Assembly (NCBI GenBank): GCA_000934665.2
Contig: JYFJ02003319.1
Span: 1 to 43,616, forward strand
DNA length: 43,616 nt
Reading direction: 5' to 3'
Source: Catajapyx aquilonaris
Taxonomy: Eukaryota
Positions 1 to 12,530 of this stretch are shown one piece after another. Both the position numbers and the translations under genes were made by a program. The notes below the pieces were generated by a model. That model was not told where the DNA came from and searched no databases. It saw nothing but the letters and a program-made list of their open reading frames with translations. Each line of letters opens with the position of its first letter. Within the stretch, counting starts at the first letter, position 1.

Positions 1-942
1 CAGATAATCTTAATGGAAACTTTTTATCACATCCTGTGTATAACCCCACCACTCCATTTTTTGGGGGTGTCCCAATATTTTCAGATCAGAGCAAGTAGTA
101 GTCCATTGCAGCAAAATAATGATAATAGTTGAGTCATTCCATGTCAAGACAGACAAGTTGGTGGCTCGACCATCTCATAATTTGATAAAAATCATTGAAG
201 TGTTGCCAAAAATAAAGTTAAGAGCCTCCCAGGTGAAAATCCCACGGAGATATGGCAACGTCTTTCAGCAACAATGGAGCCGGAAGGACCATTTATTTCA
301 GGTGAAGTTATTGTTGTACCCTCATGTTCATATTAAATCAAATGAACTGGCGCTGGCGTGAGATGAAGAACATTTTGATGGCAACGGGTTAGCCTAGAAT
401 TCCTAGATTGTAAAATTAAAATGCTAAAAAAATAGCATTATTGTGCAAAACGGACACATTTCATATGATCCAATACAATGCCATTGTTAAACACATGCTA
501 AGCGTGTGGAATTAATATGGTAGGTGCAGCCTGCACTTAAATCAAATGCAAATTCGTCTCTATGTTTTTGAGCGATATAGTAGGTACATTTCTAAAGTTA
601 TCCTGGGCAAACAATCATATGGAACGAGGTAAGGGGGGGGGGGGTGTGGTGGGGTTTGAGGGTGAAGGGGGTCAAAAATTATTCTGAAAAAAACATGGCT
701 GTGCAGTCTTTTCCTGGGCCAACTCTATCTGAATTCCTCTTTTTAGTGTTTTATTTTACACATCCAATCAGAATATCTGCGTCGACTACGCTATAACCGA
801 AGCAGGTAATCTATCACAGATATTGACAAACTTTGGCATATTGTAACTTATAAGGCCTGTTTTCAGTATGGTATGCACACTTTACAAACAAACTTCCTAA
901 AATATATGCTGTTGTACCCCTATCTTTACCAGCACCCCAACA

Positions 943-975
943 TACCCGAGAAACGCTGGGTAACCTGCTGCTAGT
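943..975 (+). mobile_element. Helitron-like 3' terminus
   Basis: Hairpin taccc..ag-aaacg-ct..gggta followed about 8 nt later by CTAG|T (971-975). Confidence 0.35.
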
Positions 976-1151
976 TCTACAATGAATGCCATCTTACCAC
1001 ACGAGAGAGTGAGTGCATCCAACCTTCACGATGTGTCCCCTCAGACTGTTGACATAAGCAAAACCTATTGTTGCTCCTTGGCTACACTGGTAGCTACGCT
1101 ACCAAGAAAAATGAACATTCAGTTAGACAATTGACTGCCGATTGATATTTA

Positions 1152-1240
1152 CAGGGTCATCGAAAAAGAATGTCCTAATTTTGAAACCCTATATCTCGAA
1201 AACTTGTAGACATATCTAAATAATTTAAGTTTTAAAATGC
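1152..1240 (+). mobile_element. Tc1/mariner-like terminal fragment
   Basis: TA|CAGGGTCATCGAAAAAGAAT... resembles a Tc1-family TIR; no partner TIR found. Confidence 0.35.
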
Positions 1241-1368
1241 TAAGAAATGTCTAAGGTTTTGGTCTTGCCACCAGGAGTTGTGGTTTATCGCTCGGAAAAT
1301 GTAAATACGGTAATCGGTGCCATGCCTAACCCGCTCAGTCACGTCTGGCGTTACCGTTTAAATCTTAT

Positions 1369-1443
1369 CCCGTGTGTGCTGGATATGCCGGATCTTTACA
1401 CGAATAATTCGTGTAAAGATCCGGCATATCCAGCACACACGGG
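1369..1443. repeat. Perfect palindrome (37-bp arms, 1-nt spacer)
   Basis: cccgtgtgtgctggatatgccggatctttacacgaat-a-attcgtgtaaagatccggcatatccagcacacacggg; the arms are exact reverse complements. Confidence 0.97.
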
Positions 1444-1550
1444 TGTAATTATTACACCATACACGTATCTCCACAAAAAATCTAATCGGAGTAGGATCTG
1501 GGCTTTCGGGGGTTCTACGCAATGGGAAGACTCTTCTCATGGTGTTGCAG

Positions 1551-1881
1551 AGGTCGGGACAGTGCTTCAAGGCTGTTATTTACACGCATTCAAACGCATA
1601 TCAAGAGTTGAATTTTAAATTGTTTTATGAGGCACTCAAATATCCCAGGGGTGTGAGCAATTTTAATGTCTATCACATTAAAGACGGGATAACAAAAGAA
1701 ATCATCGAGTTCGAATCGGAGTGCATGATAAACCGAGTTGGAATCGACCAGTTTAAGCGGCCGATAAATGGCGAGACACGATTTAGGCTCATCTCGCATT
1801 GTTATTTTTGCGACAAGGGAAACTATTCCGTCACCATCAGAAACAACGTCACATCCGTGAAAGAAGCATTTCCTGAACTGG
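1551..1881 (+). CDS. Orphan coding-like exon, possibly the N-terminal region of a divergent ionotropic receptor (may be a pseudogene)
   Basis: Acceptor tgttgcag, 110 open codons, donor G|gtaggc. The end SHCYFCDKG...V...N...EAFPEL resembles the CxxC..G...LFP segment before the S1 lobe of divergent arthropod IRs (recognised by eye only). Confidence 0.35.
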
Positions 1882-3401
1882 GTAGGCTACTGTGAACTTC
1901 ATAGTCGGTTGGTAAAGGCCCAGCACACAGTCGGATGATTACACGACGCATTAATAATTTATTCCACCAATTTTTGTTTTAGAGAATGAACATGGCATAT
2001 GTTGGCGTAATACCCCGTTTCCCCCGCCACAAGCAATGTGTGACCATTTACTACGCATATAGGCCTACCGTGATATAGGCTAAGGGAGCACAATCCATCC
2101 TATTTTCTTCATAATGATTACTTCTGTTCCCCAGAAGGTGAAATTGTGCGTATGCATAAGCAAAATCATGCATGCTGCTAAATATTCCGATAACTCAATG
2201 CCGATAGTTAGCCGTAAAAAATACGGTAGGCCTGCTAATGCACTTGCAGTGTGCAGTGCCAATTTGCTAAAAACGAAGACGTTGTTGTCTCGTGGAGAGG
2301 GAACAACAGCATTGCAAAATAAATATTTTAAAAGGCAGCTAACGTAACAAGTTTTTCCCTTGCATTGCAACGAACTAGAGGGAGCCTCATTTCCACCTGT
2401 GGAATGATAAGTTCTCCATTTCAGTCACAGATGGCAAAGCTGCCTGTAGCATAAGCCATAACCCCATAAGCTCCCGCAACTGTTATTATGACTAGTAAAT
2501 TCTGTAAGTCCGGAATTATGCAAAATATTCAATAGCCTGCTTTCTCAGGTGGTATTATGTCCTTATAAATAGCATACACCTTAAAAGTAATGATAAAGAT
2601 AATTTGAGCAAACAAATAGAACTACACGTGTCTTGAAGATCATTGATAATATTCTCATGACTCTTCTTGCTCTTCAAGTCTTCCCTTTCCCACGGAAGTG
2701 AGGTTCCGTGTTTGAATAAATTATTCCCTTGCCTAAAGGGTGTAACTGCAAACCTGTCACAATTGAGTAAATTGGTATATAAAATATTAGGACGTCAATT
2801 TTTCCATCGCATTAAATACCACTTGTGTCGAGCTACAGAAATTGTGCTCAATGAACAGAACAGCCTGAACATGTATCCAAAAAATTTCTATTTCTGTGTC
2901 CCTGTATACGCGTATGGTAATACACCCTTTAAAGGCGAGGTGGTTTCATCTAATTTGTGATTATATAGCACAGCCGGTATACAACAATTCGATATTTCGA
3001 CATACGATTTTTTAATGTTCCCGTGTACGCCAATATTTACCCGATCCACATTAAAAAAATTATACATTAGCAAATCCTTCACATATAGGTTATGATGAAA
3101 TTGCCATTGTGTGTGTGCATTGATATGTGTTCACAGGTTAAAAAACAGTGCTGGTACCTCTAGCTCTTAGAATATTAATTCGCTAGGCTTTACGTGGCTC
3201 TCAAGGGTGGTTTCCAAACGCAGTTATCCTTGAATGTACTGTAAGTATGAAATTCGTAATGTTTTTCGTGTGCACTTTTTGCTTTTTATATAAGAGTCAT
3301 TTCATATTCAAGAAAGATCTTGAGGTACTATAGTCAATGTAGATTTGTTCATTTCAATGCTTACAATCAAGGACATTTCTTGAGTGAATGAATAAACGAG
3401 G

Positions 3402-3432
<31 letters not shown>

Positions 3433-4307
3433 TATTATTATTATTATAGTTGTCGTCATTAATTATTAACTAATTAATTGTCTATATTAATTTAATTTAG
3501 AATATTACATCACATATTTTGTGGATTACTACGTACTATTATTGTTTGGTAAATAAATCGTGTGTCTATCTTCATCATCCCTTATTTGACGTCATGAATT
3601 ACGTTCACACGCGTCACGTGATTAATCTCGAGAACAGGAATTTCAAGTTTAATTATCTCACGGCGTATCAGGTTTACTTCTCTGAAAAATCGACCTCGTG
3701 CGCTGCATCTTCTCACGCATCCCAAAATGCTGGATTTAATCTTGAGCAGGTAGTAAATGGCAAATCCATCAGAATCGAAAGTGCAGATAATACTAAAGTT
3801 ATGCTATATCTGCTGCAGTTCTGTGGTTTTGATATTGCGGTTTCGAATAAAGGCCACAGCCTCCTGTTATGATAGTAGCTGACTAGTTGATAAGGAAAAA
3901 CCCCAGTAAAGATGTCATGTGGAACTTGCAGAGCGTGAACTTTGTAGGCTTGAGGCATGTTTTGAGAAAATGTAGCCTCCCGTCCCTCTAGGCGCTAACC
4001 CATATTGACAAATAAAAAGGGTTAATTTGTTGAGTCTTGCAACGAGTCGATCGGTCATAAACAACATTTTATAGCAAGAGCGGTAGTAACCATATTACGA
4101 GCACTGAATATGTCCAATTAGCGGATATGCAATGTATATGGCAACTTTCATATCTGACACTTAAAATTCATAACCATCTGAGTCAAGTCTTGGTCTAAAT
4201 TGAGTCAAGTAGAGTACGATGTAATTGTTGATGAGTATAATTGATTGTCGATGGTATAAAGTCAGATTTCTGCGGAACAGTCACAGTCCCTACTAAACTG
4301 TTTGAAA

Positions 4308-4310
<3 letters not shown>

Positions 4311-4374
<64 letters not shown>

Positions 4375-4646
4375 TCATACCCCGTTATCAGCCATCGGCT
4401 CTTTAGGGGGGAAGTTTGTTTTGCCTGGAACTCTTTGCTTTCATTTTACTGTGCTCTTTGGGATAGGATAGGGACGGAAGGAAGCGGCTGTGGCCTATTA
4501 ATTACGGAAACAACTCCGGAATTTTCCTGGAAGGACCGTGGGAAACCACAGAAAACCGCGGTCAGAGTTGCCGGCCCCGGGATTCGAACCCAGGACCTCC
4601 CGATTAGCAGTCGGACGCCTTATCCACTATGCCAACCTGCTTCGGT
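4311..4646 (-). mobile_element. Full-length tRNA-derived SINE with Deu/Nin-like core and (TTA)n tail
   Basis: Minus strand: A box TGGCATAGTGG, B box GGTTCGAATCC, core ...GTGGTTTCCC...CCAGG...AGGCCACAGCCGCTTCCTTCC. Perfect 17-bp TSD TAAACTGTTTGAAAATA at 4294-4310 and 4647-4663. Confidence 0.92.
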
Positions 4647-7600
4647 TAAACTGTTTGAAAATAAGGCATCCCATTAATATTAAAACTTTTTTTAAATATC
4701 ACATTTCAAATCTGGCATTCCACTGTGACCTGATGGTTTAAGTCTTTAAGTACCAGTATCCATGAGTAGTATGGCCTATTGGTCAGAATAGTTATACCAG
4801 CTACCATAATTATATTGTACTGCAACTCCTGTCTCTTTCTATACCTATAATATGTATGTGTGACATCAGCACTCATTATGATGTTGGCGTCGGAATTACA
4901 TAGTTGAAAGTACAAATGGGTTCACTTGCCTCCAAAAAAAAGTTTGGATCTCTGTGACTCATGCACTGGCGACTGGCCGTACCTTTAATTGCAAGTCGAG
5001 GTGATCATCTTTTTGCAACCTTTGTGGACGAGAAAGATATTGCGACACATATGTCTCTTGGCCTGGAGTGAATGGACTGGAGAAGATATGTCGTGTGTAC
5101 GCGTCGGTTCGTATGTATATAATTACGCCAGAACACTACCAAACTTTTAATGAGAGATACATAATAATCTCAAGAAACACACTGCTTTGGGAATCATGCA
5201 TCATGGAATCTACGTTCTTAATAAATAATTTGCATTTTATAAACCTGTTTCGTGAGAAAAAAATGTCACAGTGTGCCACAAATAAACAAACTAGTGAACA
5301 GAGAAAGTAATATTGCAGGTAATTTTTAGCATGGAACCCATTGATCAAGGCATATGCCGGTTATCTTCACTGTTCATAGAATCAGTTGACAGCAGTTAGC
5401 ACACACCGATCATGTGCAATCTTATTAGTATGCATATTGACGTAAACATCGATGTGCGCGATTGGAATAAAAATAACGAGGGGAATTATTTTTCATATCT
5501 CAAGGTGCTCCTCTTTTTTCAAATTCCATGCATTTTATCCCAAATTGCAAAAGCCTGAATAACTTTTTACCTACATACCAGCACATATTTCTTTAAGACT
5601 ATTTCTATATTATTTTCCCATCAAACCAGCATGAGGTATGAAATAGTTGTGTAACTCCCTACGTACAGAGAAGGGGAAAAATTATTTACATTTCTTATTC
5701 TTACGAAACAGCAGCGGCTGCCAGCCAGAGAATTAAGCTTCATGAATTATACGAATTTTCTTGGGTCACAAAACCATTATAGTCTGCCGAAAGAAGGCTG
5801 ACTCAGTCCCGAAGAGGTGAAGGACTCCATACTATACGACCCTCATTGTCTTTATGCCTGAACATTGATCCTCTCCTCAGAAGCTACATAGCAATGAGAC
5901 TCTTTCCCAAGTCTCGAGGACACCATGCAAAAAGTAGAGAGAGAAAAGACACAAATAATGCATAGGATTCCCGCATTTTTGGTGACCTTCTCTTAAACAG
6001 ATCCCTGACCCATTACTGGTACAAAACACCCATCCGGACAGTGGCACACGATGTTATTTTGCTACGTAGAACAGTAATGCAAAAAAAATATTATAAAGGA
6101 TGAAAAGCATAGTATTTTAAATCGCTTTCATGCTGATGGGCAGATGTGACCTTGCCGGCGAGAGGCCTTTCGTGACTACGAGAGTAAAATTGACCCGTCC
6201 CTGCTGTGGTCACCTTTTCGTGAGATGAACAAGCAGTGTGCAGAATTTAATTACGGCCTTTCCGGCCCCTGTAGGTTGGCCGTAACTTCCAAGTGACTAA
6301 TATTCGTCGGGATGATTATTCAGATGTGAGTAATGTGAGCAAAAAATAAATTGTGCTTTGCTGAAAGGAGCGAGAATTATTACCTAATTCCCTCTATCAT
6401 TTTTCGCTTGGCCGCACTCACCTATGGTCATCATTTTTGTTTATTAGTATCACATATTTGCACTTAATTTTGTTTGGATGATTTTTTTCTTTACCTAGGA
6501 ATCTACTCCTCATTTACTGACAACTGAGAGGCGCTGAGAGGCTTGTATTATTATTTTGTTAAAAATAGCAAATGCGATTTCATTGATATTTGTGTAAATG
6601 ACAAATTGAAATGCAGCCCTCAAATAGTACTTCCGAAACGTAATGAAGGTCAAGAAGTATTCATATTTCCATAGTTTAGAATATATTCGTTGAACACGAT
6701 TATGTTACAGTATCACTTCCATACTGACATATATACAACAGTGAGGAAAGCTATTTGTATACTGACACATATGACAATATTACGGCGAAACACTCTTTTG
6801 TGTTACCTTCTCAGAGTATCATGGAAACAATAGCTATACATTACGTTCATAAATCTCTTCCACATCTGATGACTGACAGCTTCTTTCCGACACCCGACAA
6901 CATTGTGTGTACAGTACTGTACCAGTTTGGCGGCAATCGGGTTATAAATCTAACAGTATCAACGTAGAGAGACACTATGAATTATGGCTGCAACATGTGA
7001 AACTGTGTAAAATAATAGCCTACTAATATGTGAGTCATTCATTTGCAGAATAAGACTTTTAATAAATATTCTACATATTAATTAATTTGTGCAGGTGTGG
7101 TGAATAAGAGGCTTATCGTGCCACTTGTTGCACCCCTTAGTGAAGTGAGAAAATAAGATATGATAGAGAATAAATCAAAGAATTTCTTCACTTCACTGCA
7201 TGCGGTAAGCGCAAGTAATATTACAGGCAGCGTATGAAGCAAACTGTACAGTATAAGCCACTATAAATAGTGCCAGTGAGCTATGATGCAATGCAAATAG
7301 GCAGCTGCGGGAGGGAATTACAATTCATGCAACGTGTAACCTGCAAAATGGTGTACATCAAGTGACCTCGCGCTATGACCCGTGAGGTGAATCGCCAATA
7401 GGTCATTTAGACAGGACGCCAAGAATGAAGGATATATCGGCTTAGGACACCGCACGCTGGAAGGTCTACTGGTACGGAGAGTGGGTGTCCTTAAAAGCAA
7501 TATTCTGGGAAGCGGGAAACATTACATACGTACCAAGATCGTTGACTGGTAATGGGTACCGTTCCATTACAGACATATCTGCATATACCCAACGCAGTCG

Positions 7601-8303
7601 TGACATATACCACCTACGAAGGTCACGATTGAGGGAGTCAGTACCCTTTCGGCTGATTCAAATCTTCACTAGCAGAATCTTGAATTGCAATCAAGGGAAT
7701 ATGCTTCAGGAATTGTAATCAAGGAAATATGCTAATGAACGTAGTTTACCTCGACGCTGCTAATGGGCATCAGTCGGTTATTAGAAGGCTGTAGTACAGT
7801 ACGGAAGTGCAGATGTGGCTCTTTTCAAGAGCATTAAGTTTGAGGACTTTTTTTCAGTGGCATTGTGGTGAACCGGTTGGTTCCTTAGAAGGATGATAGT
7901 TTATTAGCAGCATTACTTGGAATGATCTTGACGCCATAGATGATGTTGTAAAGCGTTGGCTTTCCCACAATTCTATTGCTGTGATGGGGGATTTCTGTCA
8001 ATATTAGACACTGTATAGCCAAGGTCATTCAGGTCATCACCTGAGTGTATATGATGTATGGAACCCACTTCGTAGATAGTTCTTGTAGTGGAGTCGACAC
8101 AAAAGAAACTGGTTCTACAAGTTGCAATATTTAAATATTATATATAGATAATGATGGTTGAAATATACTGGAAAGGTGAAGCATCATGAGTAGTATACAC
8201 AATACAGGATGGCATATAATTTATGCTTGAATCTAATTTACACATAGCTACGTACTACCAGGTACTACCGATGCAAGTGTGACAAAACAATAATTATGCA
8301 TAC

Positions 8304-10570
8304 ATTTCATAATTTCAGAAATCATCGTCAAGTATAGGTCATTCCGCCAAAATGGAAAATATGTTGCGACTGACTGATAGAACTTGCAGCATACGAAGAC
8401 CTGCATTTCAGAACGATCAAAGTCACAATCGAATTACTGTATTTCAAATTATGGCGGTTTGAAGTTTACTCGACACATACGTAATCCACTGTTTTAAACG
8501 TAACAACTAACACTAGAAGACTGTTCTTGCTTCAGCAAAAAACTGACTTGACCATCAGAAAGTGCACGCTTCAAGGACTGCATTACACAATGCCTAACTC
8601 AATTTCCATCTGTTCATTCTGCATTTCAGGTTCAGTGCAGGTCGCTTACTGGCCATCGGATGACATTTTGCGCCTCTACCTTTTCGTTCTCTTCTAATTC
8701 CTGGAACCAATTTCTGTCTATTTCCGCACTCATCGCCAATTGTCACAGGATGGCTAAATCTGGCATGCAATAAGATCAGTATCATCATCGAATAAATTAA
8801 TGTCAAGAAGATCTATTCTGGTGTATCGTTGGTATAGGGGAAGTGGGAAGGCCCAAAAAGACTTCGAGAAAACTAAATGAGTGTCCTTCTCAGTCATTCT
8901 TGGAAGTCACGAGTGAAGACCAGCATAACTGCTGTCGAGGCCAAGCTTGTTTGCTAAGATATAGGTGTAGGGGGTATTAGTTGCTTAAATTTAGGGTGTG
9001 ATTTTTTGTTCATTGTGTTGTATTTTGAAGTTTATGTGCGTGTGTTATAAACAAGTAGGGCTACCTCATACACGTGGTTGAGAAGTGTTTTCCATCCTGA
9101 TCACTAATTACACCCCTGCTCTATAGTGAAATGCGACGAAATGCGTTTGTTGTTGCTATGGTGCTGCTTGTTGTCTTGTAGACGTTGTTTACATTAGAAA
9201 ATGGGTAGCATAATATTTTCATATAACATCACTCACACTGTAGACGATGTAGTAATGGTAACTGTTTTATTTTGGATTGACACGATTAAATAAAGCTTAC
9301 TCTAGCTACAGCAGAATATCCCACGTCCTGGGAATATTGCCAACACATCTCATCAGTCTCTCAGAAATTTCACGTGTAATGGGTGTGTATAATCAAGATT
9401 GTTACATATTTTAAAGCAGGTCTCCTCAAGGTCTATCTGCGAGGTAACTGAAGCATGATATGCGCTACTTCTCCTCCTGAAATCTGACCTCATCTCCAGG
9501 TTAAAATGTTCATCAGAAAAATTAAACTTAAAATCGCGAAAAATTTCATAATTTCAGAAATCATAGTCAAGTATAGGTCACTTTTTCATCCGATGTAGCC
9601 TAAACAACTTCCAACAGAAATTATCGTGGAACATCGTAAAATCCATCCTTGATATTATGAGCCGAAGGCATGATGGCCCAATTAAAATGCTAATCCACAA
9701 TTTGGGCCAAACAAACACCCTGTTTTTGGTTAAACTCTCTTCCTTCCTGCTGTCAGCGCAATAATTTTCCGTGCCAACATACATTGAAGAGTAACTCTTC
9801 CACATTCCCTAACATGTTATGCAACGAATTTTGAGACTATTGCAACCTTGATTCTCCGCCTGACGCGGAAAACTACTGCAAAAACTTGACATTTTGTAGG
9901 TTAACATATGAAATTAACATTTTACATAAACCTGCCATATATACTGAGCATGTTTGATGTGGTCGGTGTGACGCACTTGGGAGCCCTCGTGTCACACATA
10001 TACGGTGTAAGAGATGTACAGGAGTATGTGTGATGTATGTGAGGAACAATTTTGTGTTAACACAAGACGAATGACTGTCATAAAAATAATGAAAATCAAG
10101 GACGAGCGTGATGGATCCGTAAATGCCACTTCTATGAGGAGTTACACAATCCCAAAGTGAAATGAATAATCGTGCAAAAAACATGAGTCAGTTTATCCTG
10201 AATAGGAGTTTAGGCTATTCATTGTTTTGAACGCACAATGCGATGTATTGCGAGTCCTTTTACTGACTGTAATTGTCTAGATTTTTCTGGCAATTGCCTC
10301 CAATTCTCCCCCCTTCCCCCGACCTCATAACACCTTGGAACAGCCTGTTTCCTGGGAAGGAATGTAAATCTGTGTTCTAAGAATTTGTACCGCCATGCCG
10401 CCATTCTATTGTGTAGCATTTTCATTGGGCCGAAGTATTTTGTTAGCACATAGTTTCTTCCATTGCTGTCTCGCGACAGGTTTTCATTTTTGATCAGCCA
10501 TAACAGAGATACCACTAATTCTCCCTGCAATTCTAGCTCAAGGTTGAAATACGTGAATAGTTCTTTCATA
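8304..10570 (-). mobile_element. Cluster of degenerate Tc1-like (DUF4817-type) transposase fragments
   Basis: Minus-strand remnants: VGTEN...E.L...RVFVW......LIGP (9578-9805), FSDEHFNL (~9497-9520) and an HTH-like VLTKYF...KF...P segment (10219-10569); many stops and frameshifts. Confidence 0.5.
8804..8945 (+). mobile_element. RTE-like LINE 3' fragment (degenerate)
   Basis: KKIY.G...VGRPKKT...SWK resembles the GRP..TW...W C-terminus of RTE ORFs. Confidence 0.35.
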
Positions 10571-11984
10571 ATGCGTAATATTTAACACCAATCATGTAGC
10601 ATTTCACATAAGCCTTTTTAAGATACTGTATAGCAAATGAAACAATGACACTTTTAATAAACCTGACTTCCTATTTGCGGTCATTTCAGAAACGTCATAT
10701 ATTTTTTGTTATATGATTTAATAGTAGGCCTTTTAGCATATACATCTTGTGAGCAAAATTCCATCAAGTGATTATACAACGCACCAAATAATATAATATC
10801 AGAGTCCACAAAAACAATATTAGACGTACTTCCTCCAAGCAACCTGTTCGCTCCAAGGTTGATTGAAGTCTCGATTTATGGGCGAGTACGTAACAGTTGG
10901 CGTTCTCTCATTTCACTCTGCAGGAGTTAACATTTCCCATTCTCCGTGCACACGATAATCAGTAAGGTTATTTAAACAGTTGAAGTCCTCCCGTTTTATA
11001 TGAATAATACATTTTCATTATCTGTGTCTGATTGTTTTAAAAAATTCCGGCGTTGCAAATGTCCTCAAAAGTAACTCAAGATAATCTCTGCTCATGTTTG
11101 CAACATTTACAATGCTAGTTAAATTTATTGCATCCGTTACGTGGAATTTGCCTTGGGGTATGTGAAGCGCCTAAAATAAATTTTTCAAAATTCATATTTT
11201 TCATGCTGTCGATAACAAATTGATGGCCACCTGACATCCTGGGCGCATGTTTTTCTTATAAAAAACCTGATTTATATACATATTCTCACGACGGTTACGT
11301 CACAAAATGTTGCATCAGAGTCTCGCGTTTTGTCTAAAATCACGCAGCTGCATTTTTTTAAGTTTGTCAGATGCAGAAAAGCACGTGAGGCGCAAAAAAT
11401 TTCATAATACAAAATTTAAAAAAATAAGTAAAATAAATTTTCTGTTACTAATTCTCAAGACTGCGGCCTTCGCATCGTGCATGTCTCTCGATTTAATTTC
11501 CCACAATTATCAGTGTGGAAAAATTTCGTATGGAAATTAATGCACTCGTGAACATGTGTTTATGCTCAATTGCAATTACAAATCAGATCGAAAGGCTCTT
11601 AAATTTAAAAAAAAATTACCAATATAACATGACATATCTGGATCAGGCTTCTCCTCAGAGCAATCGTGTGTGAGAAAATAAATGTTCATAACTGTGATTG
11701 ACCAGAAGGAAAGAAGAAAGAGTGTCGAGGTCATTCCCTGCAAAAGTAAATGAGTAGAATTCCAGATTGAGAGCAATATGGCCTTGTATGTGTCGTGTCG
11801 TGTAACAGGTTATAATGCCAACTTTCAAATTATACTTATTGCAGCTGATGAGTACATTATCACTAGTAATGTGCAGTATTATGCTTTCTGCTGATTTGTA
11901 CTCACACATTTACTGAAATAATACTTGCAATATTACTACCGATATTAGTACTGTAATCTATTTCATATGAGGATATCCCGTTAC

Positions 11985-12330
11985 ACAGGGTGTTTCATTA
12001 TGATTTAGACCAAATTATTGGTGAACTCGTGAGTATACCAGAGGATCACCATGTGGATCATTTTCTCTCAGCAGATATTCACCAATCAATGAATCAATTA
12101 TAGTGTATCTTATGAAGCGAATTATGGAGCAATCGATTGCTACACCAAATGAAAAAACAATTTAAATTAAAATTGCTAGTTAACAGCTGTATTTGACAAA
12201 AAGGTAAAATCGAACAGCGTGATGCATACCTGCCAGGATATTTTACACCTTGCGTTTAAAGTCGTGGCTGCGGAGACCAAATTAATGACACCTCTACATA
12301 AAGTGATCATCTGGTCCACGAGAGTTCACT
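11985..12330. mobile_element. Degenerate Tc1/mariner-type MITE (family shared with 19786, 29992, 37730)
   Basis: Starts CAGGGTGTTTCA; inverted subterminal segments at 12020-12050 and 12303-12330; gcatacctgccaggatatttta is shared with ~30275 and ggctgcggagaccaaatt with ~37965. Confidence 0.55.
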
Positions 12331-12336
12331 CTAGAT

Positions 12337-12530
12337 CAGTGGTTCCCAAACTTTTTCAGGTCGCGACCCCCTTTTATGATAGTCAAGGAACGTGCGATCC
12401 CGAGTATTAGTAGAAGATTAATGTAGTGTAAACATAAGTTAAAACATTTAAAAACCTTCGTGATAAAATTTCCCATGAAATTTATTGCAAGTAAAAATTA
12501 CTGCGACCAACGCGCGACCCACCGCACCTG
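12337..12530 (+). mobile_element. hAT-Charlie-type MITE, 5' part
   Basis: CAGTGGTTCCCAAACTTTTT...GCGACCCC preceded by CTCTAGAT, which fits the NTCTAGAN target preference. No right TIR found. Confidence 0.65.

Noticed and set aside
119..400. 80-aa ORF or exon-like segment
   Set aside because: No recognisable protein in any frame; it begins with a GAGTCATTCCATGTCAAG TIR-like sequence (similar end at ~41545-41565), so it is more likely transposon debris.
4241..4741. ORFs and a tRNA-like sequence
   Set aside because: These are the SINE head and tail; there is no complete cloverleaf and the element is flanked by a TSD, so it is not a tRNA gene.
7318..7718. Possible Tc1 WP.RSPD-like remnant (similar case at 31980-32150)
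   Set aside because: Only a few residues match; plausible relics, but not supportable by eye.
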